A DNA stretch of 64,000 nucleotides from an uncultured bacterium (GCA_964607485.1 CAZSKP010000016.1:1-64000); one strand, 5' to 3'; positions 8,408-18,604 are shown, counted from the first letter of the stretch. Made by a program: numbers and translations. The notes: generated from the letters alone by a model not told the origin.

Positions 8408-10252
8408 CTATTGAGGCAAGGGCAGGACGATGCCGTCGAAGTCGTCCGAAGCGCTTTCTTTTTCCATCAGATGCAGAAACGTGGGCAGGATATCCACGGT
8501 GCGCGAGTACTGGATCACGCCGCGCCTCAGCCCCGGGCCCGAGATGGCGAACACGGTGTGCATCTCGCCGGCACTCAGGCCGCCGTGTTTCGACCAGACG
8601 CGCGAATTGAATGAGTGCCGGTCGTCGGGCACGAGGATGATAGAGGCGGTGCGGTCCAGGTCCATGATTTGAGCTATTTGCACGAGCGCGTCGGGATAAC
8701 GGGTCTGGGCAGTCGCCCGGAGCCACTCGCGGTCGCCGTGGTATCCCGAGGCGATCATGTCGGCCAGCTTTGCGTTTTCGGAATAGCCGAGCGGGTCGGC
8801 GCCCTGGATTACTTCGTATCGCAGTTCGACCGGTTTGTTCTTCTCAAAACGAGCGCTGATGAGCGACGAGCCGTGGGGGCTGACGATGCGCGTAAGCTGC
8901 GGCTCGCCGGGCAGGCGTTCGTTCTCCCGCACAAAGAAGAGGTTTATGCCTTCGATGGAATTAATGAAATCCTCGACATTGACGCAGGTGTTTTCGTCAG
9001 CCGCATATTGCAGGAGGTCTCTGTGATAGACCTCCTGCCTCCATGAGTCCGCGTCGGTTCCGCCGTTTTTTGCGAGATATACGCTCACCGAGCCGCCGCC
9101 CGCGCTGCCGATAACACAGTTGTATCCGACGACCGGCCCGCTGCCTGCCAGAAGAGAGCCGACGCGGAGCAGTCCGGAGAGCCCCGCCTTCGCCATGAGC
9201 TCATGCGAGATGAATTTAACCTTGAAGCCTTTTAAAGAGAAGATCTTGTCTATGCGCACGTAACGCGGGTCGAGCGGCATCTGGCCGTGGTCGGAGAGCA
9301 GCATGAAATATGTATTCTCATAAAGCCCCGCGTTCCGATACACATCGACCAGCCTGCCGAATTGAGTGTCGGCATCGATGAGCGCCTCGAGTGTTTCCGC
9401 GCTCGCGGGCCCGTCCTCATGTCCGCAGTGGTCGACGGCCCAATCGTAGTACAGCACCACTTCGGGGACCTGCCCGCGTTTCTTGAACTCGGATTCCGAA
9501 AAGGAGGAGATGGTGTACTTGAGAACACCCGACTGGCTGAGGGGATTCAACAGTGAGATTGCATTGACATCACGCGCCGGGTTGAACAGCGAGAGAAATT
9601 TCATCGGCCTGAAGAGCATATCGGGTGCGATAGTGCTCTCCTGCTCGACCGCCTTCGAAATGTAATCGAGGTCCCTCGATTCCCTGAAGATGTCGATGAA
9701 CGAGCCTTCCACGTCGCGTTTGCGGTCGGCGCCGATATTGATGGGCAGGCCGAAGGAGAGCGTGCGGCCCTCGGGAAAGTACTCGAAAATGAGACGCACC
9801 CTTTGACTGACATCCCGCTGATATTCGCCCACGCTCGTGCTGAGGTAGTTCTTGTACATGGCATGTTCGCGATCGACCCAGTAGAAGGTGGGAATTCCGT
9901 GGGTGGAAGGGTAGTAGCCGCTGAATATGCTTGCCATCGCGGGAAACGTGAGCGGCGGGAACACGGTGAAATGATTGACGGAATGCACGCCCCTCTCGTA
10001 TATATGCTCCCGGAAGTTGGGCAGCTTCCCCCTCTCCATCAGTTCGCCGAATTGAGGGTTCGGGATGCCGTCGACTACAAATATGAGAGCGTATCGACAT
10101 TCGCTCTCAGGAATATCCGCTGTCTCGGCTGTCGCCGCGAAAGGGCTGGCGATTAGCAATACCATGGCCGCAAGAAAACTCCATACACGCTTCCGCTCCG
10201 TCGCCGTGGGATTTCCGGCCCCGTAACGACGAATCCGGAACAATTCGATCAT
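8408..10252 (-). CDS. Alkaline phosphatase superfamily (type I phosphodiesterase/nucleotide pyrophosphatase), exported
   Basis: VVDG, FPPLTFP (Thr nucleophile), DHCGH, SDHG, HGG motifs; signal-like segment; start uncertain (ORF open to 10330). Confidence 0.85.
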   Translation of the reverse strand: MIELFRIRRYGAGNPTATERKRVWSFLAAMVLLIASPFAATAETADIPESECRYALIFVVDGIPNPQFGELMERGKLPNFREHIYERGVHSVNHFTVFPPLTFPAMASIFSGYYPSTHGIPTFYWVDREHAMYKNYLSTSVGEYQRDVSQRVRLIFEYFPEGRTLSFGLPINIGADRKRDVEGSFIDIFRESRDLDYISKAVEQESTIAPDMLFRPMKFLSLFNPARDVNAISLLNPLSQSGVLKYTISSFSESEFKKRGQVPEVVLYYDWAVDHCGHEDGPASAETLEALIDADTQFGRLVDVYRNAGLYENTYFMLLSDHGQMPLDPRYVRIDKIFSLKGFKVKFISHELMAKAGLSGLLRVGSLLAGSGPVVGYNCVIGSAGGGSVSVYLAKNGGTDADSWRQEVYHRDLLQYAADENTCVNVEDFINSIEGINLFFVRENERLPGEPQLTRIVSPHGSSLISARFEKNKPVELRYEVIQGADPLGYSENAKLADMIASGYHGDREWLRATAQTRYPDALVQIAQIMDLDRTASIILVPDDRHSFNSRVWSKHGGLSAGEMHTVFAISGPGLRRGVIQYSRTVDILPTFLHLMEKESASDDFDGIVLPLPQ

Positions 10253-10481
10253 AAACGTCTTCACTGAACGCATCATCATGTGTAACGATATCCGATGAAA
10301 CTCTCGAAAATGGCTCACATCCATCCGCATTCTATTATCTAAAAGTTAACACCATCCTCGTAGGAGCGAAAGTCGTTGAGAGATCGACGCCGGATTGTTC
10401 CTCACTCCCGCCTTGACTTTTCCGCTTATTGTCAAGATAATATCCGAGAATCTGAACGATAGTGAAGAAGGAACCGTTCCG

Positions 10482-11276
10482 GTGTCAGCGAAATTTTCAG
10501 GCGAGCGAACTCCCTCGGATGACCCGGCATTCAAGCCCATCCGAGAGCTGCAACTGGCGGCATATTATAATGCCCTGGAATATGTCGAAGGACGTCGGGT
10601 GCTCGAGATAGGCTGCGGCGAAGGTATCGGGACCTCGATCCTGGCAACAAAGGCCGCGTCGGTGCTTGCGGTTGACCATTCGGAAGAAGCCCTTCGCGCC
10701 GCCCGGACGAGATGCAACGCGGGTAACCTGGAACTCGCCTTGATGAGAGTTCCCCCCATCGATCTCGCTGACGGTTCATTTGATGGGGTGATTTGTTTCC
10801 AGATGATAGAACATCTTGAAGAGCCCGACGGACTTGTCGTGGAAATCAAGAGGGTCTTGCGCGATACCGGAGTCGCCCTGATTACCACGGTGAACAAAGA
10901 AGAGACGATAACCGACAACCCATACCACCTGCACGAGTTTTCACACCAAGAGTTGCAAAGACTCCTGGAAGATCATTTTGGCGGGGTCGAAATGTATGGA
11001 GTGTTTGGAGACGAACTGTTCATGCGGTATCGGGAAGATAACCGCAAATGGGTGAATACCCTCATGCGGGCCGACATATTCAACCTTTCCAGCCGCTTGC
11101 CCCTCGCGTTCAAGCGGCGATTGTACGAGACGGCGGGCCGATTCATGAGGGTCCGCCTGAAGCGACGCGACCCGCAGTTGTGCGACAGCATTACGCACGA
11201 GAATTTTATCTTCCGTCCCTCCGAATTCACGGGATGTATGGATATCTTTGCCGTCTGTCGCAAGACACCCTCGTAG
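10482..11276 (+). CDS. Class I SAM-dependent methyltransferase
   Basis: VLEIGCGEG, FQMIEHL, NPYHLHEF motifs. Confidence 0.88.
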   Translation: MSAKFSGERTPSDDPAFKPIRELQLAAYYNALEYVEGRRVLEIGCGEGIGTSILATKAASVLAVDHSEEALRAARTRCNAGNLELALMRVPPIDLADGSFDGVICFQMIEHLEEPDGLVVEIKRVLRDTGVALITTVNKEETITDNPYHLHEFSHQELQRLLEDHFGGVEMYGVFGDELFMRYREDNRKWVNTLMRADIFNLSSRLPLAFKRRLYETAGRFMRVRLKRRDPQLCDSITHENFIFRPSEFTGCMDIFAVCRKTPS

Positions 11277-11321
11277 CGCTGCGCGCATCCGGTCATGGAT
11301 TGAGTGAGTCTCTCGAAAGGG

Positions 11322-12005
11322 TCACGTTTCGATGAGCGGCTGGAGTTGAGAAACGTGCTCGATTGAGTAGTCGGGCTCCTGTGACCGCTCCAGCTCCTGC
11401 TCTTCGGGCGAGATGAATCCCGTGACGAGGACCGTTGTCATCCCCATACGCCTTGCCCCCGCCAACTCCTGAAAAGCGCCGTCACCGACGAACCAGCATG
11501 CCTCCGGCACGACCGACAGGGCGGAGCAGGCGGCGGCATAGATTTCCCTCTCCGGCTTTATGTGTCCGACACGGCAGGAAGCTATGACGCAATCGAAAAG
11601 AGGGTGGAACGGGCTCCGCTCCAGCAAGGACGCCTCCTCGGGTACGCAGTTGCTCACCAGGGCGAGGCGGAACCCGGCGGAGCGAAGCTCTTCCAGCGCC
11701 GCCACGACGTCCGGGTCCGGCTGCATGAGCATTATGCGGTGCTGTTCGAGGTAGCGCTCCAGAACGAGCGGGATCTGCGAGACGTCTCCTCCCGTCTCCT
11801 CGCATATCGTCTTCAATACCTCCGCTATCGGGAGGGAACGCAGCCGCACCGGTTCGTAGTGGCGCCAGCGCGCGATGAAGGCATCGTAAGGGATTCCCAG
11901 CGCATGGGCCCGCTCTTTCGACCCCCAGCCGGGGATCGAATCCATATCGACGAGCGTGTGGTACAGGTCGAACAGAAGCGCCTGGGGTCTTCGGCCTGCG
12001 CTCAT
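11322..12005 (-). CDS. HAD-superfamily hydrolase
   Basis: FDLYHTL, VSN, KP, FVGD motifs; ATGA overlap with upstream gene. Confidence 0.88.
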   Translation of the reverse strand: MSAGRRPQALLFDLYHTLVDMDSIPGWGSKERAHALGIPYDAFIARWRHYEPVRLRSLPIAEVLKTICEETGGDVSQIPLVLERYLEQHRIMLMQPDPDVVAALEELRSAGFRLALVSNCVPEEASLLERSPFHPLFDCVIASCRVGHIKPEREIYAAACSALSVVPEACWFVGDGAFQELAGARRMGMTTVLVTGFISPEEQELERSQEPDYSIEHVSQLQPLIET

Positions 12006-12784
12006 CTCTCTTTCTTCACGCCCACGGGGCAGGCTCGCTGGCATTCGAAACAGCAGTAGAACAACCCGAGACTGAGCGCCTGGTAGTAGTTCCAGAAGTC
12101 GGGACTCTTGATGAACTTCTTCCAATCCTCCGGCGAGCCTTCCATCGTGAGGTCCGAAAGGCGCTTGATTAGGGTCGAGAGGCCGTAAGGAAAATTGTTG
12201 CGAGTGCAGGCGATCACGTCCACCTTGCCGTCATCCGTGATGGCGGAGACGGGACAGGCGCTCACACATTCCATGCAGTTGTCGCACGGAGATTCGGAAA
12301 CGAGCGGGTCGGGCGCAAGGTCTGCGTCGGTAACAACGCCACCCAGCCGCACGCGTGCTCCCAACTCGCTGCTTATGAACAGCCGGTTCAGTCCAAGCTT
12401 TCCCAAGCCGGCGGCTTCCGCTGCGTGTCTCAGAGAGACGGGGCCGCGCAACCCCTTCGTCTCCCTGCTCATCTCGATGGGAAGGTGCGGCGGAATGGTC
12501 GAGGCGCGGCAGCCGGCCTTCTCCAACTCTCTCGCCAGTTTGAGGCCGATGCGATTGAGCTCGTCGTATATTGTCATCAGGTGCTGCGACTGCACGACCT
12601 CGCTCGGGCTTTCTATCGCGCCGTCGCCCATCCATATTCCGAAAACCACGATGGACCTGGCGCCCGATACCATCGCATCCAGGTTCGCCTTCGGCTCGAT
12701 GCTCTCATAGGCCTCGCGGCCGGCTATGCCGATACAGTCGGCATCGAGCGAGAGGCCGAGTCGTTTCACCTCTTCCGCATTCAT
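12002..12784 (-). CDS. Epoxyqueuosine reductase (QueG)-like cobalamin/4Fe-4S protein
   Basis: SLRHAAEAAGLG..G.N, CxxCxxCxxxCP and CCFECQRACP motifs. Confidence 0.82.
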   Translation of the reverse strand: MNAEEVKRLGLSLDADCIGIAGREAYESIEPKANLDAMVSGARSIVVFGIWMGDGAIESPSEVVQSQHLMTIYDELNRIGLKLARELEKAGCRASTIPPHLPIEMSRETKGLRGPVSLRHAAEAAGLGKLGLNRLFISSELGARVRLGGVVTDADLAPDPLVSESPCDNCMECVSACPVSAITDDGKVDVIACTRNNFPYGLSTLIKRLSDLTMEGSPEDWKKFIKSPDFWNYYQALSLGLFYCCFECQRACPVGVKKER

Positions 12785-12876
12785 GAATTTTCCCTCTTAT
12801 TATTCCGGCTGCTGATTCTGGGGTGAATTGTAGCACGGCATACACTGGAAAGCGGGACGTCAGCTCTCCTGAATTT

Positions 12877-13188
12877 TCAGCTCGGACCGATCAGATGTGA
12901 AAAGAAGCTCGTGAGAAAACTTTCCTCGTGCCCGGCCAGAACCTCCAGTTCACCGTTGTCGAGCCATACGCCTCCGCACTGCTGGCATTTGTCGATCTTG
13001 ACCTTCTTCTTGAAAACTATCTCCTTCAGGTCTCCGTAGCATTTTGGACACTTGCAGTAATGAAGCTTCTTGGAACGTTCTGCTTCGTCGGTTTTCTGCC
13101 GGGCTTCTCGCTCTTTCTCGAATTTCCTGAGCAGATCTATTTCCTTCTGCTTAAAATATTCTTCTTCTATTTCGCTTGGCTTATCCAT
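12877..13188 (-). CDS. zf-TFIIB-type zinc-ribbon protein
   Basis: CPKC...IDKCQQCGGVWLDNGELE; GGAGG RBS. Confidence 0.85.
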   Translation of the reverse strand: MDKPSEIEEEYFKQKEIDLLRKFEKEREARQKTDEAERSKKLHYCKCPKCYGDLKEIVFKKKVKIDKCQQCGGVWLDNGELEVLAGHEESFLTSFFSHLIGPS

Positions 13189-13518
13189 CCTGAGTTTCGC
13201 CTCCTACTTTCTTTCCGCTATGTTTCAGATCTAAAGCTATGAATCCGCCTGTCACATTCAAGATTCAAGTTATGTCCGGTTGTTTCTCCTCGGCTTTTCT
13301 GTAATTATCCCGGAAATTGCACCCTGTCTCTTACATATTTATATCAGTATTGGACATGAAACGCAATCATAGAGAGTCTCCGCTCGTTTCAACTGCCTGC
13401 CGTTTCTTGTTTGAAAGAGTGCGGAGACATGAAATCAAGTCGAACAGAAACAATGAAAAGAGGAGAGGGTCCTGAGGGCAAGACGGTCGCCGGACAGCAG
13501 AAAGCTACATGGTTGTTC

Positions 13519-13604
13519 GTAGGGCCAGGCCCGCGTGCCTGCCCTGCTCGCGAATAGTTGGGGCATTATGAGGAAAGCGGGCAACCGCGGAGGGGTGTCC
13601 CTAC
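13519..13604. repeat. GTAG-type REP doublet (degenerate)
   Basis: GTAGGGCCAGGCCCGCGTGCCTGCCC ... GGGCAACCGCGGAGGGGTGTCCCTAC. Confidence 0.6.
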
Positions 13605-13724
13605 TGATGGTCCAGCGGGAAGCAGAAGGGTGGGCGAGGCATTATCGGATGTCTGGAACAGCATGGAAGAATTATCTTTCCGGATACTGCTGGGAGGAGC
13701 ACGGTGGTATTCGGGTGAGAGAGC

Positions 13725-13895
13725 TCAGGAGTCTCGTAGCTTCTTACCCCGCCAATGCTTTCTTGTCTTACCTTCTCTGCGTTCTCCGACCCGCCTCTCC
13801 ATTCCTGTATGCGATTGGGCCGACTCGATGTCCCATCGGCGCTCCCCAATTCGGCGTTCTATCTTTCGGCGCTTTGCTTTCGTCTCTCTTGCCAT
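13725..13895 (-). CDS. 56-aa basic microprotein with two ERRxGERR repeats (below ORF-track cutoff)
   Basis: MARETKAKRRKIERRIGERRWDIESAQSHTGMERRVGERREGKTRKHWRGKKLRDS; GAGAGG RBS; consensus promoter upstream. Confidence 0.75.
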   Translation of the reverse strand: MARETKAKRRKIERRIGERRWDIESAQSHTGMERRVGERREGKTRKHWRGKKLRDS

Positions 13896-13942
13896 ATCGA
13901 ACCTCTCTCATATAACCTCTGGACTTGGACACTTATAGAATA

Positions 13943-13971
13943 ATTATAATCTATAGGAGAATTTTTGTCAA
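13943..13971 (-). promoter_or_regulatory. Consensus sigma70 promoter of the microprotein
   Basis: TTGACA-N17-TATAAT; TATAGA/TCTATA inverted repeat (13934-13955) around the -10. Confidence 0.85.
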
Positions 13972-13983
13972 GTCAAATCTGCA

Positions 13984-14445
13984 TTATGTGCCTTTTTCGA
14001 GAGACTGGAACATCGCATCGGCCACGGCCTTGTCCTTGGCGATCACGACAAATACGATGTTATTCGTCACATAAGCGTGCCACTCTATGTCGGGCGAAGA
14101 CGCTATGCCGCGCGGTGTTCCCAGCAGAACATCGGCCGGATTTGCCAGAGCGGCGACTTTCTCGCCCTGAATTTCGACCTCCGCCCGAGCAGCCGCATCG
14201 TGGTTTTCGAAGCTGAAAATCTTGACCTGACGATTGTCTACCTTCGCATGTATCCCCTCAAGCGCCCGGCCTTGAAAGTAGTTGTCCGGCTCGGCAGGGC
14301 CCACGACGTGGCCAGACTGCCGCAGGGAGGCGAGAACGTCGGCGGCCGTCAGGTGCTTCGGAAACAGTCTGTCACACGCACAAGTTATTGCCAGCCAAAA
14401 GCATAGAGTAAGAAGGCCCGCCTTCTGAAGACGCATTTCATTCAT
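13984..14445 (-). CDS. Hypothetical lipoprotein
   Basis: Signal peptide ending LAITCAC; GAGGGG RBS. Confidence 0.65.
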   Translation of the reverse strand: MNEMRLQKAGLLTLCFWLAITCACDRLFPKHLTAADVLASLRQSGHVVGPAEPDNYFQGRALEGIHAKVDNRQVKIFSFENHDAAARAEVEIQGEKVAALANPADVLLGTPRGIASSPDIEWHAYVTNNIVFVVIAKDKAVADAMFQSLEKGT

Positions 14446-14715
14446 ATTTTCGTGCACCCCCTCTAAGAAGCTCATCGTTCGAAGACTCAGCAACGCCCAT
14501 CCCAGCTATACTATAGCATGTCCAGTCGACCATGGCACCCAGAGCTTTCTCGACACCCGGTTCTTCTCGGCCAAGTTCAGGAGTGAGGAAAAACCCTCCA
14601 TTACCCGTCTGGGTTCCGATGACAAAGTTGTCAAGGGGCGCGGTCTTATGCTATATTGAGAGCACCTTTACGCTTGTTTCTTCCCTATTCATGGTGAATA
14701 TGAGGCGATTCGGAC

Positions 14716-16161
14716 ATGGCATATCATGGATTAAGCGATTTCGTCGCCGAGCTTGAACGGGCGGGCGAGCTCAAGCGCATCACAGCTCCCGTCTCCGCCG
14801 AGCTTGAGATAACCCAAATCGTGGACAGGGTTTCAAAGACGAATGGGCCCGCTCTTCTGTTCGAAAATGTCAAGGGAGCCTCTGTACCCTTGCTCATAAA
14901 CGCCTTCGGGTCATACAAGAGGATGGCGATGGCGCTCGGCGTGGACGACATCAACGCGATAGGCCGCGAGATAGAGGAAATCCTTCATCTTCCGCTGCCG
15001 ACCAGCGTCGTTGACAAGCTGAAGATGATCCCCAAGATCGCGCGCTTTGCAAAGTTTCCGCCCAAGCTGGTATCGCGCGGGCCATGCCAGGAGGTCGTTG
15101 TAAACGAGCCCTCGCTGTCGTTTCTCCCCATACTGAAATGCTGGCCGCAGGACGGCGGAAGGTTCATCACGCTCCCGATGGTCTTCACAAAGAGTCTCGC
15201 GAGCGGGCTACGCAACTGCGGCATGTACCGCATGCACGTCTACGACGAGCGGACCACCGGCATGCACTGGCACATTCACCACGACGGCGCGCGCCATTTC
15301 CGCGAATACAAGAATGCCGGCAGGCGGATGGATGTCGCCGTCGCGCTCGGGGGCGACCCGGCTGTCACGTACGCGGCGACCGCACCGATGCCGCCCGACG
15401 TGGACGAGATGCTGTTCGCGGGTTTTCTCCGGAAGACGCCGGTCGAGATGGTCAAATGCAAGACCATCGACATGGAGGTTCCGGCCGACGCGGAAGTGGT
15501 GCTCGAGGGCTACGTGGACCCGTCGGAGGAACGCGTCGAAGGCCCGTTCGGCGACCACACTGGCTATTATTCGCTCGCCGACAACTATCCCGTCTTTCAC
15601 ATTCAGTGCATCACCCATCGTCAGAACCCCGTCTATCCCGCCACCGTGGTGGGCAAGCCTCCGATGGAGGACTGCTACATGGGGAAGGCGACCGAGCGGA
15701 TATTCCTTCCGCTTGTGAGGACGCAGATTCCGGAACTCGTCGACATGAATCTTCCCCTGTTCGGCGTGTTCCACAACTACGCCTTCGTTTCCATAGACAA
15801 ACGGTACCCCTATCAGGCGAAGAAGGTCATGCACGCCATGTGGGGACTGGGGCAGATGATGTTTACAAAGATAATCGTCGTGGTCGATAAGGAAGTGGAC
15901 GTCCAGAACGTCGAGGAAGTGTTGTGGCGCGTGGGCAACAACGTGGACCCCCGGCGCGACATCATGATAGTGGACGGCCCGCTCGACGTGCTCGACCACG
16001 CATCTCCGCTTCCGCGCGCGGGCTCGAAAGTTGGAATCGACGCCACGAAGAAGCGGCCCGACGAAGGCCACACGCGAGAATGGCCGGACGAGATAAAGAT
16101 GGCCGACGACATCATACAGCTCGTCGAGCGACGCTGGCGCGAGTATGGGTTTGACAAATGA
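14716..16161 (+). CDS. ubiD: UbiD-family decarboxylase (menaquinone futalosine pathway, MqnL-like)
   Basis: GPALLFEN, GMYRM, EGPFGDHTGYY, LDHAS motifs. Confidence 0.95.
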   Translation: MAYHGLSDFVAELERAGELKRITAPVSAELEITQIVDRVSKTNGPALLFENVKGASVPLLINAFGSYKRMAMALGVDDINAIGREIEEILHLPLPTSVVDKLKMIPKIARFAKFPPKLVSRGPCQEVVVNEPSLSFLPILKCWPQDGGRFITLPMVFTKSLASGLRNCGMYRMHVYDERTTGMHWHIHHDGARHFREYKNAGRRMDVAVALGGDPAVTYAATAPMPPDVDEMLFAGFLRKTPVEMVKCKTIDMEVPADAEVVLEGYVDPSEERVEGPFGDHTGYYSLADNYPVFHIQCITHRQNPVYPATVVGKPPMEDCYMGKATERIFLPLVRTQIPELVDMNLPLFGVFHNYAFVSIDKRYPYQAKKVMHAMWGLGQMMFTKIIVVVDKEVDVQNVEEVLWRVGNNVDPRRDIMIVDGPLDVLDHASPLPRAGSKVGIDATKKRPDEGHTREWPDEIKMADDIIQLVERRWREYGFDK

Positions 16162-16979
16162 GAGACGCGGCAAAAATCCGTTCGATGTTCGCCTCGATTT
16201 CACGCCGGTACGACTTGTTGAACCATCTGCTCAGCCTCAACCAGGATAAACGATGGCGCAGGAAGGCCGTCGAGATGAGCGGTCTCGACCGGGGAGGTTC
16301 CAGGCAGGGCGAGATGGTGTTGGACGTCTGCACTGGGACCGCCGACCTCGCGCTCGCGTATTCGGAATACATCGGGCCTGCGGGGCTCGTGGTCGGCGCC
16401 GATTTCTGTCCCGAGATGCTCTTTATCGGGAAAAGCAAGCTCGCGGCCCGCGCTGACGGTTCTCCGGCCTATGCTCCCGTGCGGGCGGGAAGCAAGGTCG
16501 CGCTGATGGCCGCCGACACGCTCGCGCTCCCGTTCGCCGATGGAACGTTCGATGTCGTCTCGGTCGCGTTCGGCATCAGGAACGTTTCCGACCTGAAGGC
16601 CGGAACAGCGGAGATGGCGCGCGTCGCGAAGGAGGGCGGCCGCGTTGTGATACTCGAATTCAGCCTGCCCGAGAACAGGCTGGTCGGCGGGATATACAAG
16701 GCCTATTTCACGCGCCTGCTGCCGGTGATAGGCCGAGTTGTATCGCGCGCCGGCAACGACGCGTACTCATACCTGCCCGACTCGGTGTTGAAGTTTCCGG
16801 ACAAGAGCGAGATGTGCGACATGATGAGAGAATGCGGGCTCGCCGATGTCTCGGCAAAGGAGCTCAGCCTCGGCATCGTCACGCTTTACGTCGGGAAGAA
16901 ACTCGAACGCAAGCTTCAGGCGACGGGCTCGGCGGCCGCGCCGGGCCATTCACAAGAGAGGATGGAATGCCGGCAATAA
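16158..16979 (+). CDS. ubiE: Demethylmenaquinone methyltransferase UbiE/MenG
   Basis: YDLLNHLLS, LDVCTGTADLA, FGIRNV, AYSYLPDS. Confidence 0.92.
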   Translation: MRDAAKIRSMFASISRRYDLLNHLLSLNQDKRWRRKAVEMSGLDRGGSRQGEMVLDVCTGTADLALAYSEYIGPAGLVVGADFCPEMLFIGKSKLAARADGSPAYAPVRAGSKVALMAADTLALPFADGTFDVVSVAFGIRNVSDLKAGTAEMARVAKEGGRVVILEFSLPENRLVGGIYKAYFTRLLPVIGRVVSRAGNDAYSYLPDSVLKFPDKSEMCDMMRECGLADVSAKELSLGIVTLYVGKKLERKLQATGSAAAPGHSQERMECRQ

Positions 16980-17560
16980 TCGTCGCAATCAGCGGCGCCA
17001 GCGGCGCGCCGTATGCGGTCAGGTTGGTCCAGGTTCTTGTTGAGAAGAAGTGCAAGGTGCATCTGACCATCTCGAGGCCGGCCGCTCTCGTGTTGAAGCA
17101 CGAGATGGACATCGACGTTGACCTGCGGAACTTCTCTGCAAAGTCGCTCATCGGCCGGGCGACGAAGCAGATAAGCTACCATCATTACGACGACATATCG
17201 GCGCCCATAGCGAGCGGCACGTTTTCGGCCGACGGAATGGTGATAATCCCGTGCAGCATGTCCACGCTTGCGGGCGTGGCGTCGGGGCTTGGGAACAACC
17301 TCATCCTGCGCGCCGCCGACGTGACACTGAAGGAAAGGCGGCCGTTGATTCTGGTGCCGCGCGAGACGCCGATCGGGACGATTGCGATCGAAAACATGCT
17401 GAGGGTGTCGAGGGCGGGCGCGTGCGTGTTGCCGGCGATGCCCGCATTTTATCAGGGCCCGCAAACGGTAGAGGACATGGTCGATTTCGTCGTCGGAAAA
17501 GTTCTAAACCAGTTGCGTGTTCCGCACGACCTCTTCCGCCGGTGGGAGGGCGGCGCATGA
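16967..17560 (+). CDS. ubiX: Flavin prenyltransferase UbiX
   Basis: SGASGAPY, IASG, PCSMSTL, RAADVTLKERR, PRETP. Confidence 0.95.
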   Translation: MPAIIVAISGASGAPYAVRLVQVLVEKKCKVHLTISRPAALVLKHEMDIDVDLRNFSAKSLIGRATKQISYHHYDDISAPIASGTFSADGMVIIPCSMSTLAGVASGLGNNLILRAADVTLKERRPLILVPRETPIGTIAIENMLRVSRAGACVLPAMPAFYQGPQTVEDMVDFVVGKVLNQLRVPHDLFRRWEGGA

Positions 17561-18420
17561 GGCAGGTCCTCAGAAAAATCGCCACCATACTGGAAATGAT
17601 AAAGTTTCCGCACACGCTGTTCGCGCTGCCGTTTGCGATTATGAGCGCGTTTCTGGCCGCGAACGGCCTGCCCACTGCGCGGCAGCTTTTCTGGATACTG
17701 ATGTGCATGGTGGGCGCTCGAAGCGCAGCGATGTCGTTCAACCGGATAGTTGACGCCCGGCACGACGCGATGAACCCAAGGACCGCTGAGCGGGCGATTC
17801 CCGCGGGGAAACTCACCGTGCTTCAGACGGCCGCGTTCATGACGCTGATGATCGCGCTGTTCGTGTTCTCGGCCTACCAGCTCAATCGGCTCGCGTTCAT
17901 CCTGTCGCCCGTCGCGCTCGCGATCATCCTCGGGTATTCGTACACGAAAAGATTCACGAATTACTCTCACTTCGTGCTCGGCCTCTCGCTCGCCATCGCG
18001 CCCGTCGGGGCCTGGATAGCCGTGAACGAGGAGTTCCACATCGTGGCGCTTCTGCTCGGGCTCGCAGTGTTGCTCTGGACCGCCGGATTCGATATCATCT
18101 ACGCCTGCCAGGACGTCGAGTTCGACAAACGGGCGGGACTCTACTCGCTGCCCAAGCGGCTGGGCACAGCGAGAGCGCTGGCGCTTTCGGCGGCCCTTCA
18201 CGCGGCGATGGTGCTTGTGCTGCTGGCGGTCTTCTTCACGGCACATCTGGGCACGGCATTTCTCATTGGTATCCTCCTTGTGGGCGCGCTCCTGCTGTAC
18301 GAGCATTCCCTCGTCACACCACACGACCTCTCGCGCGTCAACGCCGCCTTTTTCAACGTCAACGGAGCAGTCAGCCTGCTGCTGATGGCGCTCACGATAG
18401 CCGACATCACGTTGCGCTAA
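17557..18420 (+). CDS. ubiA: UbiA-like polyprenyltransferase (MqnP-like)
   Basis: IKFPHTLFALPF, NRIVDARHDAMNPRT, GFDIIYACQD. Confidence 0.93.
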   Translation: MRQVLRKIATILEMIKFPHTLFALPFAIMSAFLAANGLPTARQLFWILMCMVGARSAAMSFNRIVDARHDAMNPRTAERAIPAGKLTVLQTAAFMTLMIALFVFSAYQLNRLAFILSPVALAIILGYSYTKRFTNYSHFVLGLSLAIAPVGAWIAVNEEFHIVALLLGLAVLLWTAGFDIIYACQDVEFDKRAGLYSLPKRLGTARALALSAALHAAMVLVLLAVFFTAHLGTAFLIGILLVGALLLYEHSLVTPHDLSRVNAAFFNVNGAVSLLLMALTIADITLR

Positions 18421-18604
18421 CGACGCCCCTCGGACCGGAACTCTCTGCCTGCCGCAACAAGGCAGAAAATGCCGTTTTGTTCCAAAATGTACGATACTGA
18501 AATCACACCAGGGAAAGGCGTATGCCGGGTAATGACATACGTAAACCGTTGCTGGTCAGATGCTTATAGCCAAAAATCGTGTGAAATTGCCGGGCATCAC
18601 GGGG

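Noticed and set aside
13535-13938. Plus-strand ORFs of 126 aa and a minus-strand 82-aa ORF in the intergenic region
   Set aside because: No motifs, the plus-strand ones overlap a REP doublet, and promoter/RBS evidence supports only the minus-strand 56-aa ORF.
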